IMG/VR virus record: IMGVR_UViG_3300047499_000113
Location: 124,001-188,000 of that record
DNA length: 64,000 nucleotides
Strand: one strand, 5' to 3'
Below the pieces are notes generated by a model, which searched no databases, was not told where the DNA came from, and worked only from the letters and a program-made list of their open reading frames with translations. The position numbers and the translations under genes are program-made. Of this stretch, positions 29,851-39,138 are shown one piece after another; position 1 is the first letter of the stretch; every line of letters starts with the position of its first letter.

Positions 29851-30873
29851 ATGGAAGCTTCGGTAATTCCCGAGCTGCAGTACAAGATCCTTCCCCTGGC
29901 AAAGGTGCAGGTGGAGAGCACCAACGACGAGAAGCGCCTGGCAGCCAAGGTGCGAGTCGGAACCAAGTGGTTCGCCACCACGCAGCGGTTCTGGACTTCG
30001 TTCTTCGCGAAGTTCGGGATCTCCGACTCCATCTTCAAGTATTACTCGCACCAGGAGGTCTTCGACCGCATCTGCCAGACCAAGGACGACGTGGAGCTGC
30101 GGTTCTGCACGGACGGCACGAAGGCGCTCGCCATCTCCAACCCGGCCAAGCCGCTGCTGCAGGTCGCCGAGTTCGACAAGATCGCCCGCAAGTTCCACGG
30201 CGAGAACCTGCAGTACGAGGACGGCATCATCACGAGCACGTACACGCCGAACTCCGGTGAGCACCAATTCAAGATCGGTGGCGACGCGTTCGCCAACCGC
30301 TACATGCTCGAGACCCCGATGGATGGGTACGGCAAGCCCTCCATCTACCTGTCGCTGCTGCGGCAGGTCTGCTCCAACGGCGCCGTCGCCTACGCCCCGG
30401 CCTTCCGGACAGACATCACGGTCGGCGACAACCCCAAGTACAACCTGAACCGCGCTCTGGAGTCCTTCGACTCGGACGAGGGCTACTCGGCCCTGCGGCA
30501 GCGCTTCGAGGTGGCGCAGCTCTCGCCGGCCTCCCTGTGGGAGTGCCTCAAGCTCTACAAGCGGCTGAAGGGTCTGCGCCACAAGGACGCGATGAAGGCG
30601 TTCGACAAGGTCGTTGGCGACATCTACAACCACTACGGAGTGGCGAATCTCGATGCCATTTCGGAGAAGAAGCTCCGCCTGCTGCCGGCCAAGTGCAGGG
30701 TCTACGACCTGCTGAACCTGGCGTCGGAGGTCTCCACACACCACTCGAAGGGCATGGAGGCCCGTCAGCTGGAGGCGTGGCTCGGCACGACCATCTCGGG
30801 CGAGTTCGATCTCGAAGGGACCGACACGAAGGCCATCGACTTCGAGGGCAAGCACTTGCCCGCGGCGAACTGA
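29851..30873 (+). CDS. DUF932-like phage protein
   Basis: LRQVCSNGAV motif, AGGAGG RBS, extended -10 (TGTATAAT) at ~29802-29809. Confidence 0.65.
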   Translation: MEASVIPELQYKILPLAKVQVESTNDEKRLAAKVRVGTKWFATTQRFWTSFFAKFGISDSIFKYYSHQEVFDRICQTKDDVELRFCTDGTKALAISNPAKPLLQVAEFDKIARKFHGENLQYEDGIITSTYTPNSGEHQFKIGGDAFANRYMLETPMDGYGKPSIYLSLLRQVCSNGAVAYAPAFRTDITVGDNPKYNLNRALESFDSDEGYSALRQRFEVAQLSPASLWECLKLYKRLKGLRHKDAMKAFDKVVGDIYNHYGVANLDAISEKKLRLLPAKCRVYDLLNLASEVSTHHSKGMEARQLEAWLGTTISGEFDLEGTDTKAIDFEGKHLPAAN

Positions 30874-30883
30874 CCTGGTACGG

Positions 30884-30917
30884 TGAGGGCGGGTTCCGGA
30901 AATCGGACCCGCCCTCA
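30884..30917. terminator. Strong stem-loop after the DUF932-like gene
   Basis: 11-bp perfect stem tgagggcgggt/acccgccctca, no clear U-tract. Confidence 0.5.
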
Positions 30918-31111
30918 GTGTATTCCCCTGTGCAGGAGGACTGCCATGATGATCGTCCTCTGCGCGTGACGTGTTCACGCGCGGATGAGCACGCCACGCT
31001 CTTGAGTAGGCTTCGCCAGCCTCTTCCTGTCCCGCGGGCGTATTCGAGCGGACCACGACCGCAAGGTCCGTCATCATATCGCCCGCTCCGCCGGACTCGT
31101 GTAGCGGCTGG

Positions 31112-31393
31112 GTGGCTGTCATGGCAGGTAGAGATAGGAAAGCGCGTGAGCGGAAGCTCCGGCGCTCGAAGAAGACTGATCGTAAGTTGGCCCAAAAGGC
31201 TTTGTACGAGCAGTGGAAGAAGGAAGGTCGGAACACCAAAAGCAAGCGCGTGAAACTCCGGGCGAAGATGCTGAAGAAAAAGCAGATTCGCACGAGGAAT
31301 CACGCGACTGGCCCGTGCGGAAACATCGGTTGCAAGCGCTGCAATCCGATCCCGCAAAACCTCGTCACCCCGACCTTTCTCCACTCCCACTGA
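31112..31393 (+). CDS. Small Arg/Lys-rich protein with C-terminal Cys cluster
   Basis: MAGRDRKARERKLRRSKK...H.TGPCGNIGCKRC; ATG alternative at 31121. Confidence 0.65.
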   Translation: MAVMAGRDRKARERKLRRSKKTDRKLAQKALYEQWKKEGRNTKSKRVKLRAKMLKKKQIRTRNHATGPCGNIGCKRCNPIPQNLVTPTFLHSH

Positions 31394-31398
31394 GGAGA

Positions 31399-31434
31399 GA
31401 CGGCCCCGCTGGTGGAAACGCTGGCGGGGCCGTC
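31399..31434. terminator. Stem-loop after the basic protein gene
   Basis: 11-bp stem gacggccccgc/gcggggccgtc. Confidence 0.5.
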
Positions 31435-31502
31435 GCATGTTCGGGCACAGATCTCGCAGCGCGCACCCGCGAGCGGCTGATCCGCTCGGAAAGGTGGCTA
31501 TC

Positions 31503-31790
31503 ATGGCAACGCAACAGACTCAGGAGAAAGCGGAAACGAGGCGTATGTCGCGCGGCGAAATCGTGTCGCAACTCGAGGACTTGGGTAAATCAGGGGACCA
31601 CGAGGATGTGATGAACGCCGCGAAGCGGGCGATCGAAGTGGCCGAGAAGCAGGGAGCGGACGATCCGTACGAGATCGCGGTATCCTTCCTCAACGCCGCT
31701 GCAGTCGTCGTGCCCGGGACCAAGACCATCTGGACGGAGCGTCGTCTCCGCGAGTTCGTCGATCTCGGTGTCAAGCGGCCGGGTCTCTAA
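31503..31790 (+). CDS. Hypothetical protein
   Basis: Begins MATQQTQEKAE with AAGGTGG upstream; followed by a hairpin. Confidence 0.6.
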   Translation: MATQQTQEKAETRRMSRGEIVSQLEDLGKSGDHEDVMNAAKRAIEVAEKQGADDPYEIAVSFLNAAAVVVPGTKTIWTERRLREFVDLGVKRPGL

Positions 31791-31903
31791 CCGTCCTGCT
31801 CCGCTCCGACCCGACCGGGATTGGGCCTGGTCGGGTCGGGCTGTGCGGGGAAACGTGCATCCGAGGCAGTTTTGCGATCAGACTACGGAGGAGATTCGGT
31901 TCT

Positions 31904-32122
31904 ATGACCTGCTGCCCCCGATGCGGCTTGGAAACGCCAGACCTCCATCATCTTCATGATGACTGCATTCGTGATTTACGCAGATGCCACGAGGTAGCCA
32001 AGCGCGCACTCCTGAAGATACACGCCATCGCCAAAAAACTTCATACAGAGCCCAGCAGTTTTGGCTCAAGTGAAAAACTCGTGGAGGATGCTCTGCACGA
32101 TTTGAACATCACATGTCCGTAA
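31904..32122 (+). CDS. Small hypothetical protein with CPRCG motif
   Basis: 72 aa, GGAGGAG RBS upstream. Confidence 0.5.
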   Translation: MTCCPRCGLETPDLHHLHDDCIRDLRRCHEVAKRALLKIHAIAKKLHTEPSSFGSSEKLVEDALHDLNITCP

Positions 32123-32134
32123 AGCCAAATACGA

Positions 32135-32170
32135 CTGAGCCCCGGTATCCCTTGCGGGGCCGGGGCTCAG
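32135..32170 (-). terminator. Rho-independent terminator of the capsid operon
   Basis: 11-bp stem ctgagccccgg/ccggggctcag, 20 nt after the capsid stop, followed on the minus strand by tcgtatttggcttt. Confidence 0.7.
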
Positions 32171-32190
32171 AAGGCCGTCAGGCGCTAAGG

Positions 32191-33081
32191 TCAGCGCGCG
32201 ACGATCAGGCGCACCAGGCCGCGGGGGTTGTACGCCCCGATGCCAAGGTTCTCGAACATTGAGAAACCTATTGTCCGCTCCTCGGGGTTGTCGGCCGAGA
32301 GAACCGTCAGCTCCGTGCGGACCGGGATGCGACCGAAGTGCTCCGGCTCACACGTGATGTAGACGACGCCGGCGGCGACGAGGCGGCTGACGATGAACTG
32401 GGCGTTCCAGCCCGTCGCCATCATGCCCGTCTTCCACAGCGTGGCCTGGCTCTCGATGTCGAGCACGTCGCGCCCGAACTTGCGGATGTCCGCGTAGTCG
32501 GTCGCGTTCATGTAGACGCGAGCGACGCGGAGGTCCTGCCGCTCGATCTCGGCGAACGCGTCCGCGAGAACGGCCGGAGAGATCGGAGCGATGACGGGGA
32601 CGTCGGGGTTGGTCTGCCCCGGCAGCTCGTCGAAGCCGTTGACGGCGAGCGCGTCCATGATGGAGAAGACGCGGTCGTCTTCTGCCGCCTGGACCTGCGC
32701 CTTGCCGAGGTCCTGCATACGCTTGAGGAGGTCGTACCGACGCTCCTTGATCTGCGTGAGCGGGGCCTTGGGCAGGGCGGCGATCTCGAAGAGCGGGAAG
32801 ATCACGCGCCGCGGCTTCATGACCGCGGTGATGCTCTCGCCCTCCTCACCGATGACGTACGCGGTGACATCCGGATCCTTGTCGTAGATCGGGAGAGCAC
32901 CGTCGGGCAGCTGCTCGACCAGGAAGGTCTTGCGACCCACGGACGAGTAGTCGCGCCGCTCGCGGAGCGGCTGGATCATGGACGCCGCGAGGCGCTTGCG
33001 ACCAGCCGAAGAGCCGATGAACTTGTCGACGACCTGCTCCTTGATCGTGTTGTCGACAACCTGAACGCCGAAGGGATTCAT
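32191..33081 (-). CDS. Major capsid protein (short HK97-fold type)
   Basis: 296 aa, extreme GC3 bias, terminator downstream, last in the protease-scaffold-decoration order. GRKRLAASMIQPLR...DY...GRK.FLVEQLPDGA.P.YD resembles, from memory, capsids of Bxz1/Myrna-like large myoviruses. Confidence 0.85.
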   Translation of the reverse strand: MNPFGVQVVDNTIKEQVVDKFIGSSAGRKRLAASMIQPLRERRDYSSVGRKTFLVEQLPDGALPIYDKDPDVTAYVIGEEGESITAVMKPRRVIFPLFEIAALPKAPLTQIKERRYDLLKRMQDLGKAQVQAAEDDRVFSIMDALAVNGFDELPGQTNPDVPVIAPISPAVLADAFAEIERQDLRVARVYMNATDYADIRKFGRDVLDIESQATLWKTGMMATGWNAQFIVSRLVAAGVVYITCEPEHFGRIPVRTELTVLSADNPEERTIGFSMFENLGIGAYNPRGLVRLIVAR

Positions 33082-33109
33082 GGTATTTGCCTTTCGTCCT
33101 TTCTTCGGC

Positions 33110-33808
33110 TCAGGCCACGTTCAGCTCGAGGAACATCTCGGAGCTGGTGGCATCGGGTTGAGCGAGCAGTGTGCCCAAGCGGGTCACATCCGGCTCCATG
33201 GGGGTTCCGGCCGTACCGCTTCCGAGCGCGGCAGCGTGGATCCACTGCGCCTCGTACGAATCGGTCCAGTCGTTGGTGAGGTAGCCGTTGACCGAAGCGT
33301 AGAGCTTCTGGCCGGGGCTGTAGACGAGGGCGGTGCCGACGACGCCACCCGAGGTGGACATGCCGGTTCCGGCGACGAACGAGTTCGTCGTCTGCTTCGC
33401 GGTCTCGTACAGCTTGTTGCCGCACGTACCGCCGCGCAGGAACGGTCCCTTGCCCGACGCCGGGCCCGGGGTGTTCTCGTACGCGTTGCCCGCCGCGTCG
33501 TTGATGAAGAGGCCCAGCGGCCTCGTATTCACGACGTAGGCGCTCGAAACGAGCACAGCGCCTCCGACCGTGTTCTCGCCAATGTCGGGCCGAACGAAAG
33601 CGACCGACCCACCGAGAACGCCCTTCTTGACGTTCACCGGAATGGTGGTCGAGACCGCGCCGGCCGTGGTGACGACATTGGGGTTGTTCTGCGTGAATCC
33701 GTCAGGGCTCAAGGACGGGATGGTGTCCTTGAACAGGCTGTACAGGATACGCAGCGCGCTGGTGCTCAGCTTGAAGTCACCAGATGCTTGGCCGCCAATC
33801 GATCCCAT
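33110..33808 (-). CDS. Capsid decoration/minor capsid protein
   Basis: 232 aa, Gly/Thr-rich, immediately upstream of the capsid gene. PLGLFINDA.GN.YEN.PG.ASGK...YET motif. Confidence 0.65.
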   Translation of the reverse strand: MGSIGGQASGDFKLSTSALRILYSLFKDTIPSLSPDGFTQNNPNVVTTAGAVSTTIPVNVKKGVLGGSVAFVRPDIGENTVGGAVLVSSAYVVNTRPLGLFINDAAGNAYENTPGPASGKGPFLRGGTCGNKLYETAKQTTNSFVAGTGMSTSGGVVGTALVYSPGQKLYASVNGYLTNDWTDSYEAQWIHAAALGSGTAGTPMEPDVTRLGTLLAQPDATSSEMFLELNVA

Positions 33809-34021
33809 GGTTGCTCCAGTCTCCGTTGACGCTCAGGTCCGACTAAGTACGCATCTCTCCGAAACCGTGGCTTCAGTCCGGTTGCCCGCGAAGCCGTCCA
33901 ATTTCTTCAATCTGCTTTCCTGTCTTTCCCTTTCGTCTCCAAAGATGCTGTGGTTTGTCTGCGTATCCTTTATTTGTATCTCTGCAATTAGGAGCTTATC
34001 GCTCCAATTGCTGAAATTGCA

Positions 34022-35488
34022 TCACGGACGGTCCCAGAGGTTCTCCAGGGCCTGGTCGACCGACGCGGGCTTGCCGCGCTGGACCTGACCGATCTTCTTG
34101 GCGCCCTTCACGGAAGCCGTGCGGCCGACCGAGAAGTTGCCCATCTCGCGAGCGTGCTGCTCCTGCTCCGCAGCCTTGATCTGGCGCTGAGCCTGAACTT
34201 CCTCGTTGTCGCCGAAGAGGTTGTCCAGCTCGTCGCCATGCGAGGCCACGGCAGCCGCCGTGACGCCAGCCGGAGTCGCCTGGAGTTCGTCCTCCTCGTC
34301 GAAGGAGATGTCGGGCTGCGCACCCGTCGCGGTCGCCATCACCGGAGCGACAGGAGCCGCCGGTGCGGGAGCCGCCTCGAAGAGGGCCTGGAGGTCGTCG
34401 CCCGCGGGCACGCCCTGCTGACCCATCTCCTCCTTCAGCATCTGATCGAGCATCTGAAGCTCGGCAGGCGGAAGGTCGCCGCCCATGTGCGGCATGCCCA
34501 TCTCCTGCTGCTCCTCCTGCTCCTGGCCCTGCTGTTGCTGCTGGCCCATCATCGGATGCTGTGCCTGCTGCTCCTGCTGGCCCATCATCTGCTGCTGACC
34601 CTGCTGTTGCTGCTGGCCACGTTGCTGCTGCTGGCCCTGCTGCTCCTGCTGGGACTGCTGCTGCTGACCCTGCTGTTGCTGCTGCTGGGAGGTCTTGCCC
34701 TGCTGCTGCTCCTCCTCTTCCTCTTGCTGCTGCGCGACGCGAGCCGCAGCAACCTGCTTGAGGACAGACTTGAGGGTCGGGTCGTCGATCGTCATGATCG
34801 TCGACGCCAGCTGCTCGAGGGCCCGGTCAGCCGCCGACTCGCCGATGAGGAGAGCCGCAAGCTTGGTGCACGCCATCGCGCGGCGCGTCTTGTTCTCCGG
34901 CGTCAGCGCGTCGGGAGACACGGCGTCGAGGGCGCGGAGGGTCGAGACGACGACGCGGTCGGGCATCCCCATGAAGCCCATCGCCACTTCCTCGACGATC
35001 TTGTCGTTCGAGGTGCGCAGCATGGCACGGGTGATGCGCTCGACTGCCTTGGCCTTCTGCTCGGCCATGGCGCGCGGGTCAGCCGCAGTGGCAGGACGAC
35101 CAGCCGCCTCGTAGGTGCGACCAGCCTTCTCGCCCTGGGACTTGCCGGACGTGTTGCCCGAGAACGTCCCGGTGCCGTCCGGCTTGACGTTGTCGTACGT
35201 CCCCTTGCCCGAGTGCCAGTTGTCGGAGTCCTTGTGCTTGAAGGTGTTGTCGCGGAACTCGGCGAAGTTCAGCTCGTTCCGCTTGACGTGACCGCCCTCG
35301 TACTCCGCCTCGACATCACCGTAGCCGTGCCAGGACTCGGCCCAGCTGTCCGGGTCGCCCGACTCGTAGTCGGTCGGCTTGGGATCCGGGTGCTCCTGGT
35401 TCATCTTGTAGATGTCGGCTTGGCGTTGCGTCGCCGCCTGACGCGAGGTCGCGGCACCGTTGCCCTGCCAGGTGGAACGCGTACGCAT
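34022..35488 (-). CDS. Probable scaffolding protein with poly-Gln/Glu tract
   Basis: Sits between protease and decoration/capsid genes. AGGAG RBS before ATG 35488. Helical, low-complexity, ends ALENLWDRP. Confidence 0.65.
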   Translation of the reverse strand: MRTRSTWQGNGAATSRQAATQRQADIYKMNQEHPDPKPTDYESGDPDSWAESWHGYGDVEAEYEGGHVKRNELNFAEFRDNTFKHKDSDNWHSGKGTYDNVKPDGTGTFSGNTSGKSQGEKAGRTYEAAGRPATAADPRAMAEQKAKAVERITRAMLRTSNDKIVEEVAMGFMGMPDRVVVSTLRALDAVSPDALTPENKTRRAMACTKLAALLIGESAADRALEQLASTIMTIDDPTLKSVLKQVAAARVAQQQEEEEEQQQGKTSQQQQQQGQQQQSQQEQQGQQQQRGQQQQQGQQQMMGQQEQQAQHPMMGQQQQQGQEQEEQQEMGMPHMGGDLPPAELQMLDQMLKEEMGQQGVPAGDDLQALFEAAPAPAAPVAPVMATATGAQPDISFDEEDELQATPAGVTAAAVASHGDELDNLFGDNEEVQAQRQIKAAEQEQHAREMGNFSVGRTASVKGAKKIGQVQRGKPASVDQALENLWDRP

Positions 35489-35525
35489 GTGGGAGTCTCC
35501 TGCTTCTTGGTCTTCTATCAAGGTC

Positions 35526-38330
35526 CTAAAAATTGACTGACGCGATCCGACCCTTCCACTCGAGGAACCTGCGCTCCTGAGCGGTCAGCTCCCTACCAAC
35601 CTTCATCTTGCACGCAGCAATGAATGAGTTGGTTGTCGGGTAGCTGCTGGAAGGACCGGCTTGCATCACTGCTTTGTAGAGACTCGGCGGGTAGTTCCGG
35701 TCTCGGCATCGATCCTCGATCCATGAAAGGATTATCAGTTCACGAGGCGTCATGTTGGCGCGACGAATCGCTGCGATCCCGCCTTCGTGAACGGTCTTGT
35801 AAGCTTTCTCTGCCCACTGCACGAGACGCGGCGAAGAGCCGAACTTCTTGCGCAGAATGCGAGTGAAGTCCTGGCTCGAACGCACGAGACTGTCGTTGCC
35901 AGCCTCGAGATTGGCAGGCATTGGAGTCGCAGTGCCGACGTCCTCGGGTTTGGGAGCGAGCTTCTCCTCGAGCTTGTTGGTGATGCTGGTGAGCAATTGC
36001 TCTGTAATTTTATCCAGCATCCCATCAATTTTATCGGGCTTTGCCTTTGCCGGCTTGCTCGGCTCCTTGCCGCCCTGGTCCTGCTCGCCCTGACCGCCCT
36101 GACCTTGGTCCTGACCGCCCTGCTCTTCGGCTTGGTCAGCGCCGCCGCCTTGTTGCGACTCGTCCGCACCGCCCTGCTGGCCGCCCTGTCCGCCCTGGTC
36201 CTGACCGCCGAACACGTCGTCGAACGACTGCTCTTCCTGGCCCTGCTGGGCGCGGCGCTGCACGGAGGCGGCCTTCTTGATGCCGTCCATCTCCGGGATT
36301 TGCTGCCGCAGTTCGTAGACGTACTTGGACGCTTGCATCTGCGACGAGACGGCGCTCGCGTCCGGGTTCAGGATGTTGCGCCGCACAGCTCCACGAAACG
36401 CCGGGTTGCGGACCCACGACGCCTCGATGAACTGGTTGGAGTTGGGAACTGAAACGTGACCGATGACTTCAGCGAGGATTTGCTCTCGCCCAGTCTCGTC
36501 GATGAACGTTGAGAGCTTGCCATCGTAGAGGACGCACGGGCAAAGCTGCGCATCGTCCGCGGCCACGTTGCCGCACTTCGTGCAAGCAGTGAACAGCGAA
36601 ATGCAATTCGAAACTCCGACGCCGTTGGCGACGTAAGAGTGATCCCCGTCGACTTGGAGGTCATATACGAATCCCTGGTACTCGGAACGGACGACCTTCT
36701 TGATCTCCGAGTAGACGTACTTGTCGGTGATCCAGCGGCTGTTGCGACCCGCTTGAGTAGACTTGATCCCGGCGAGCGCAGACCGCACCTTGACCGACGG
36801 AACTCGGACCACGTCCGAATTGCGAAGTTTGATCTGGTAGTCCACGCCGGCCGCACCATGGAGCAGCCTTGTCCCCGGTCTCTCCACGGCAGAGAAGGTC
36901 GGGACTATCCCGCAGCGAGCTGCAAGCTGCATGTACTGATGGGCGAGCTTCAGGTTGCGGGTGCTGAGGAAGACATTCTTTGTCCCACGCTTGCTCGTCG
37001 AAACGCACCCATCGGAGTCGATGAGGCCCGACAAGAACGCCATTTGGTGTTCCCGCGGCCAGCTCATGATAGTCTTGCCGATAAGTTTTTCGGACGAGTT
37101 CCTGCCGGAAACGTGGGAGTCCACGAGCCTGCGGAAGGCTCGAGAAGTGTTCGTAATATAAGCCGCACCTCGGCGACTCGAACGGGACGTGCTTTGGGGC
37201 TTGATGGGCGCACCTCCGACAGCCATATGATATTCGCGCGCAGCCCAAGCTACTTGGTCGAGTGAGCGAATAGCATCTTCGACGATCTCGGGGTGAGACT
37301 CGTCCAGGCAGAACCCAACGCCAACCGTGGAGTCGTGCGTGTACTCGAACTTCCAGCCATCCCCAACCCAAAGCCCGAGAAGACGAGCTTCGGTAAGGGA
37401 AACGTCCGCTTCCAGGGTGTCCTGGGAGATGGGGAAAGCGAGGAAGTCCCCGACGCGCGCAGTCCCGGCTTCGGCGTAGTCGAACGCGTAGTCCTTCTCC
37501 ACAACACGAGGCTTGGATTTGTGGCCGCAGCCGCTGCGAGTTCGGACCATATCCAACGTCTCGCGGCGGACGATGTAGTAGTTGTGATTATCGGTCGAGG
37601 TGACAGGAGGAAGCCCGACCGCCTTGATAGTCTGAACATTCCAACGATTCTCGCGGATCTGCAGGTTGTCGACGCGCCGGGAATTCCCCTTCTGCGTCAT
37701 GACCTCCATACCCGGGCGGACGTCCTCGATGTTTATCGGACTGCCGTCCGACAGGTAAACGAGGGTTCCAGGGACATGGCAGCCCATGCTCAGGCCCGTG
37801 ATGGCGCCCGAGAGGATGTCCGACACGAGCTGGTTGTGCTTGCGGTCGGTCGCGACGAGGATGTCGATGTAGCAGCTGTTGCCGAGATCACGCGCGATGG
37901 CGTCGACGATGAAGCCCTTCGACAGCTCGGGGAGCTGGATGTGCTCGAGGTAGTTGTGCGCGCCGATGAAGGTCCGGTAGGTCGCCAGAAGGAGCGAACG
38001 CTCCCACGCATCACCGTTGTTGTTGATGATGTTGTGGCACTCGGGCTTGATGCGGAACTCAGGCCACCGGACGTCGATCTGGCAGCCGCGGTTCATCAGC
38101 CGGCCGGTCTTGACACCCTTAGGGGCGTAGGTGTCGACCGAAGCGACGATGGTCGCATGCGACAGCAGGTACTGCTTCGGGTCGCACTTGCGCAGGATCG
38201 TCTTGGCCGTGCGGTGCACGAAGTCCTTCGGAACTGCGCCCTCGTGCTGGTCGCGCAGCTCTTCCATCCACTCGTCGAAGGCGATGTTCCGACGAGAAAC
38301 GATGGCGTGGGCGTACCTTCTCTTGGCCAT
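35526..38330 (-). CDS. Prohead maturation protease interrupted by an intein
   Basis: NNNGDAW...TFIG..NYLEH...KG.IVDA...ILVATD...LSMG|C, then a CTKCG zinc motif and FIEASWVRNPAF. Position fits the head operon. Confidence 0.8.
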   Translation of the reverse strand: MAKRRYAHAIVSRRNIAFDEWMEELRDQHEGAVPKDFVHRTAKTILRKCDPKQYLLSHATIVASVDTYAPKGVKTGRLMNRGCQIDVRWPEFRIKPECHNIINNNGDAWERSLLLATYRTFIGAHNYLEHIQLPELSKGFIVDAIARDLGNSCYIDILVATDRKHNQLVSDILSGAITGLSMGCHVPGTLVYLSDGSPINIEDVRPGMEVMTQKGNSRRVDNLQIRENRWNVQTIKAVGLPPVTSTDNHNYYIVRRETLDMVRTRSGCGHKSKPRVVEKDYAFDYAEAGTARVGDFLAFPISQDTLEADVSLTEARLLGLWVGDGWKFEYTHDSTVGVGFCLDESHPEIVEDAIRSLDQVAWAAREYHMAVGGAPIKPQSTSRSSRRGAAYITNTSRAFRRLVDSHVSGRNSSEKLIGKTIMSWPREHQMAFLSGLIDSDGCVSTSKRGTKNVFLSTRNLKLAHQYMQLAARCGIVPTFSAVERPGTRLLHGAAGVDYQIKLRNSDVVRVPSVKVRSALAGIKSTQAGRNSRWITDKYVYSEIKKVVRSEYQGFVYDLQVDGDHSYVANGVGVSNCISLFTACTKCGNVAADDAQLCPCVLYDGKLSTFIDETGREQILAEVIGHVSVPNSNQFIEASWVRNPAFRGAVRRNILNPDASAVSSQMQASKYVYELRQQIPEMDGIKKAASVQRRAQQGQEEQSFDDVFGGQDQGGQGGQQGGADESQQGGGADQAEEQGGQDQGQGGQGEQDQGGKEPSKPAKAKPDKIDGMLDKITEQLLTSITNKLEEKLAPKPEDVGTATPMPANLEAGNDSLVRSSQDFTRILRKKFGSSPRLVQWAEKAYKTVHEGGIAAIRRANMTPRELIILSWIEDRCRDRNYPPSLYKAVMQAGPSSSYPTTNSFIAACKMKVGRELTAQERRFLEWKGRIASVNF
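36606..37781 (-). mobile_element. Intein with LAGLIDADG homing endonuclease (392 aa)
   Basis: Starts CHVPGTLVYLSDG. Block B TSTDNHNYY. LAGLIDADG motifs LLGLWVGDG and FLSGLIDSDG. Ends VYDLQVDGDHSYVANGVGVSN, followed by +1 Cys. Confidence 0.93.
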
Positions 38331-38407
38331 AGGTCCTCGCCCAAGCTGGGCTATAGAAGCTCTGGCACGTTACCGTAAATTGGCCTCCCTCGAGCGTACC
38401 AAGTGGT

Positions 38408-38929
38408 ATGAATACCCCGGCTGCGATCGCTCTCATCGCCGACGTCGAGGTGGTGAAAGTAGAGGTGACGCTCTCCCTGAGCGGGATAGAGAAGAACACC
38501 CCGCTCATCGAGTGTCTCTGGCCACGCGTCACATTCTCGTGCCGGGGCAAGCAGAAGGTGCATCCCTTCACTTACTGGCGCGAGATGATGGAGACCAAAA
38601 AGGACGACCCGAACTTCAAGTACCACACGATGGATGACTTGGTCTTCCTCACAGCGGGTCTCCGGCCCGTCAAGAGGCCATACGTTCTGGCCGATGCCGC
38701 CGAGGCGAAGGCCAAGATGTGCTACAAGAAGATCCAGCAGAAGCTCGCGCAGGCCACGCAGAAGAAGTCCTTCCAGGAGAGGCACCGCAAGCTGATGCGC
38801 AAGATCGAGCGAGCCGCAGGCAAGAAGGCCATCCGAGACCTGCTGCTCAGTCTCCCGCACCGGCTCGAGAAGCGCGACGTCGTGGAAGCCTGGCACGAGG
38901 CGGTTGTCCACAAGGTGATGGAGAGCTAA
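38408..38929 (+). CDS. Hypothetical protein with C-terminal tag (AWHEAVVHKVMES)
   Basis: 173 aa, opposite-strand insertion in the head operon. Confidence 0.75.
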   Translation: MNTPAAIALIADVEVVKVEVTLSLSGIEKNTPLIECLWPRVTFSCRGKQKVHPFTYWREMMETKKDDPNFKYHTMDDLVFLTAGLRPVKRPYVLADAAEAKAKMCYKKIQQKLAQATQKKSFQERHRKLMRKIERAAGKKAIRDLLLSLPHRLEKRDVVEAWHEAVVHKVMES

Positions 38930-38943
38930 TTGTAAGCTCGAGC

Positions 38944-39138
38944 GTGCCGCTCTTCCGCAACTCGCTCGATTACATAGCGCCTGGACAGCTCGTGACGTTT
39001 GGAGGCGACGGGATCTACAAGGTGCTCAAGTGCGAGCCGGACGCGAGTAGACTAATCCCGGGCTTCAAACAGTGGCGGCTGCAGCTCGTCGCTCCGACCG
39101 AAGACGAGGTCGTCGTCTACGAGATCATGGAGAGCTGA
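38944..39138 (+). CDS. Small hypothetical protein with C-terminal tag (DEVVVYEIMES)
   Basis: GTG start 5 nt after TAAGCT; 64 aa, MPLFRNSLDYIAPGQ... Confidence 0.65.
   Translation: MPLFRNSLDYIAPGQLVTFGGDGIYKVLKCEPDASRLIPGFKQWRLQLVAPTEDEVVVYEIMES

Noticed and set aside
30874-32190. tRNA or known ncRNA genes in the hairpin-rich intergenic segments
   Set aside because: No cloverleaf, T-loop GTTCRA with CCA end, or other recognisable family signature seen.
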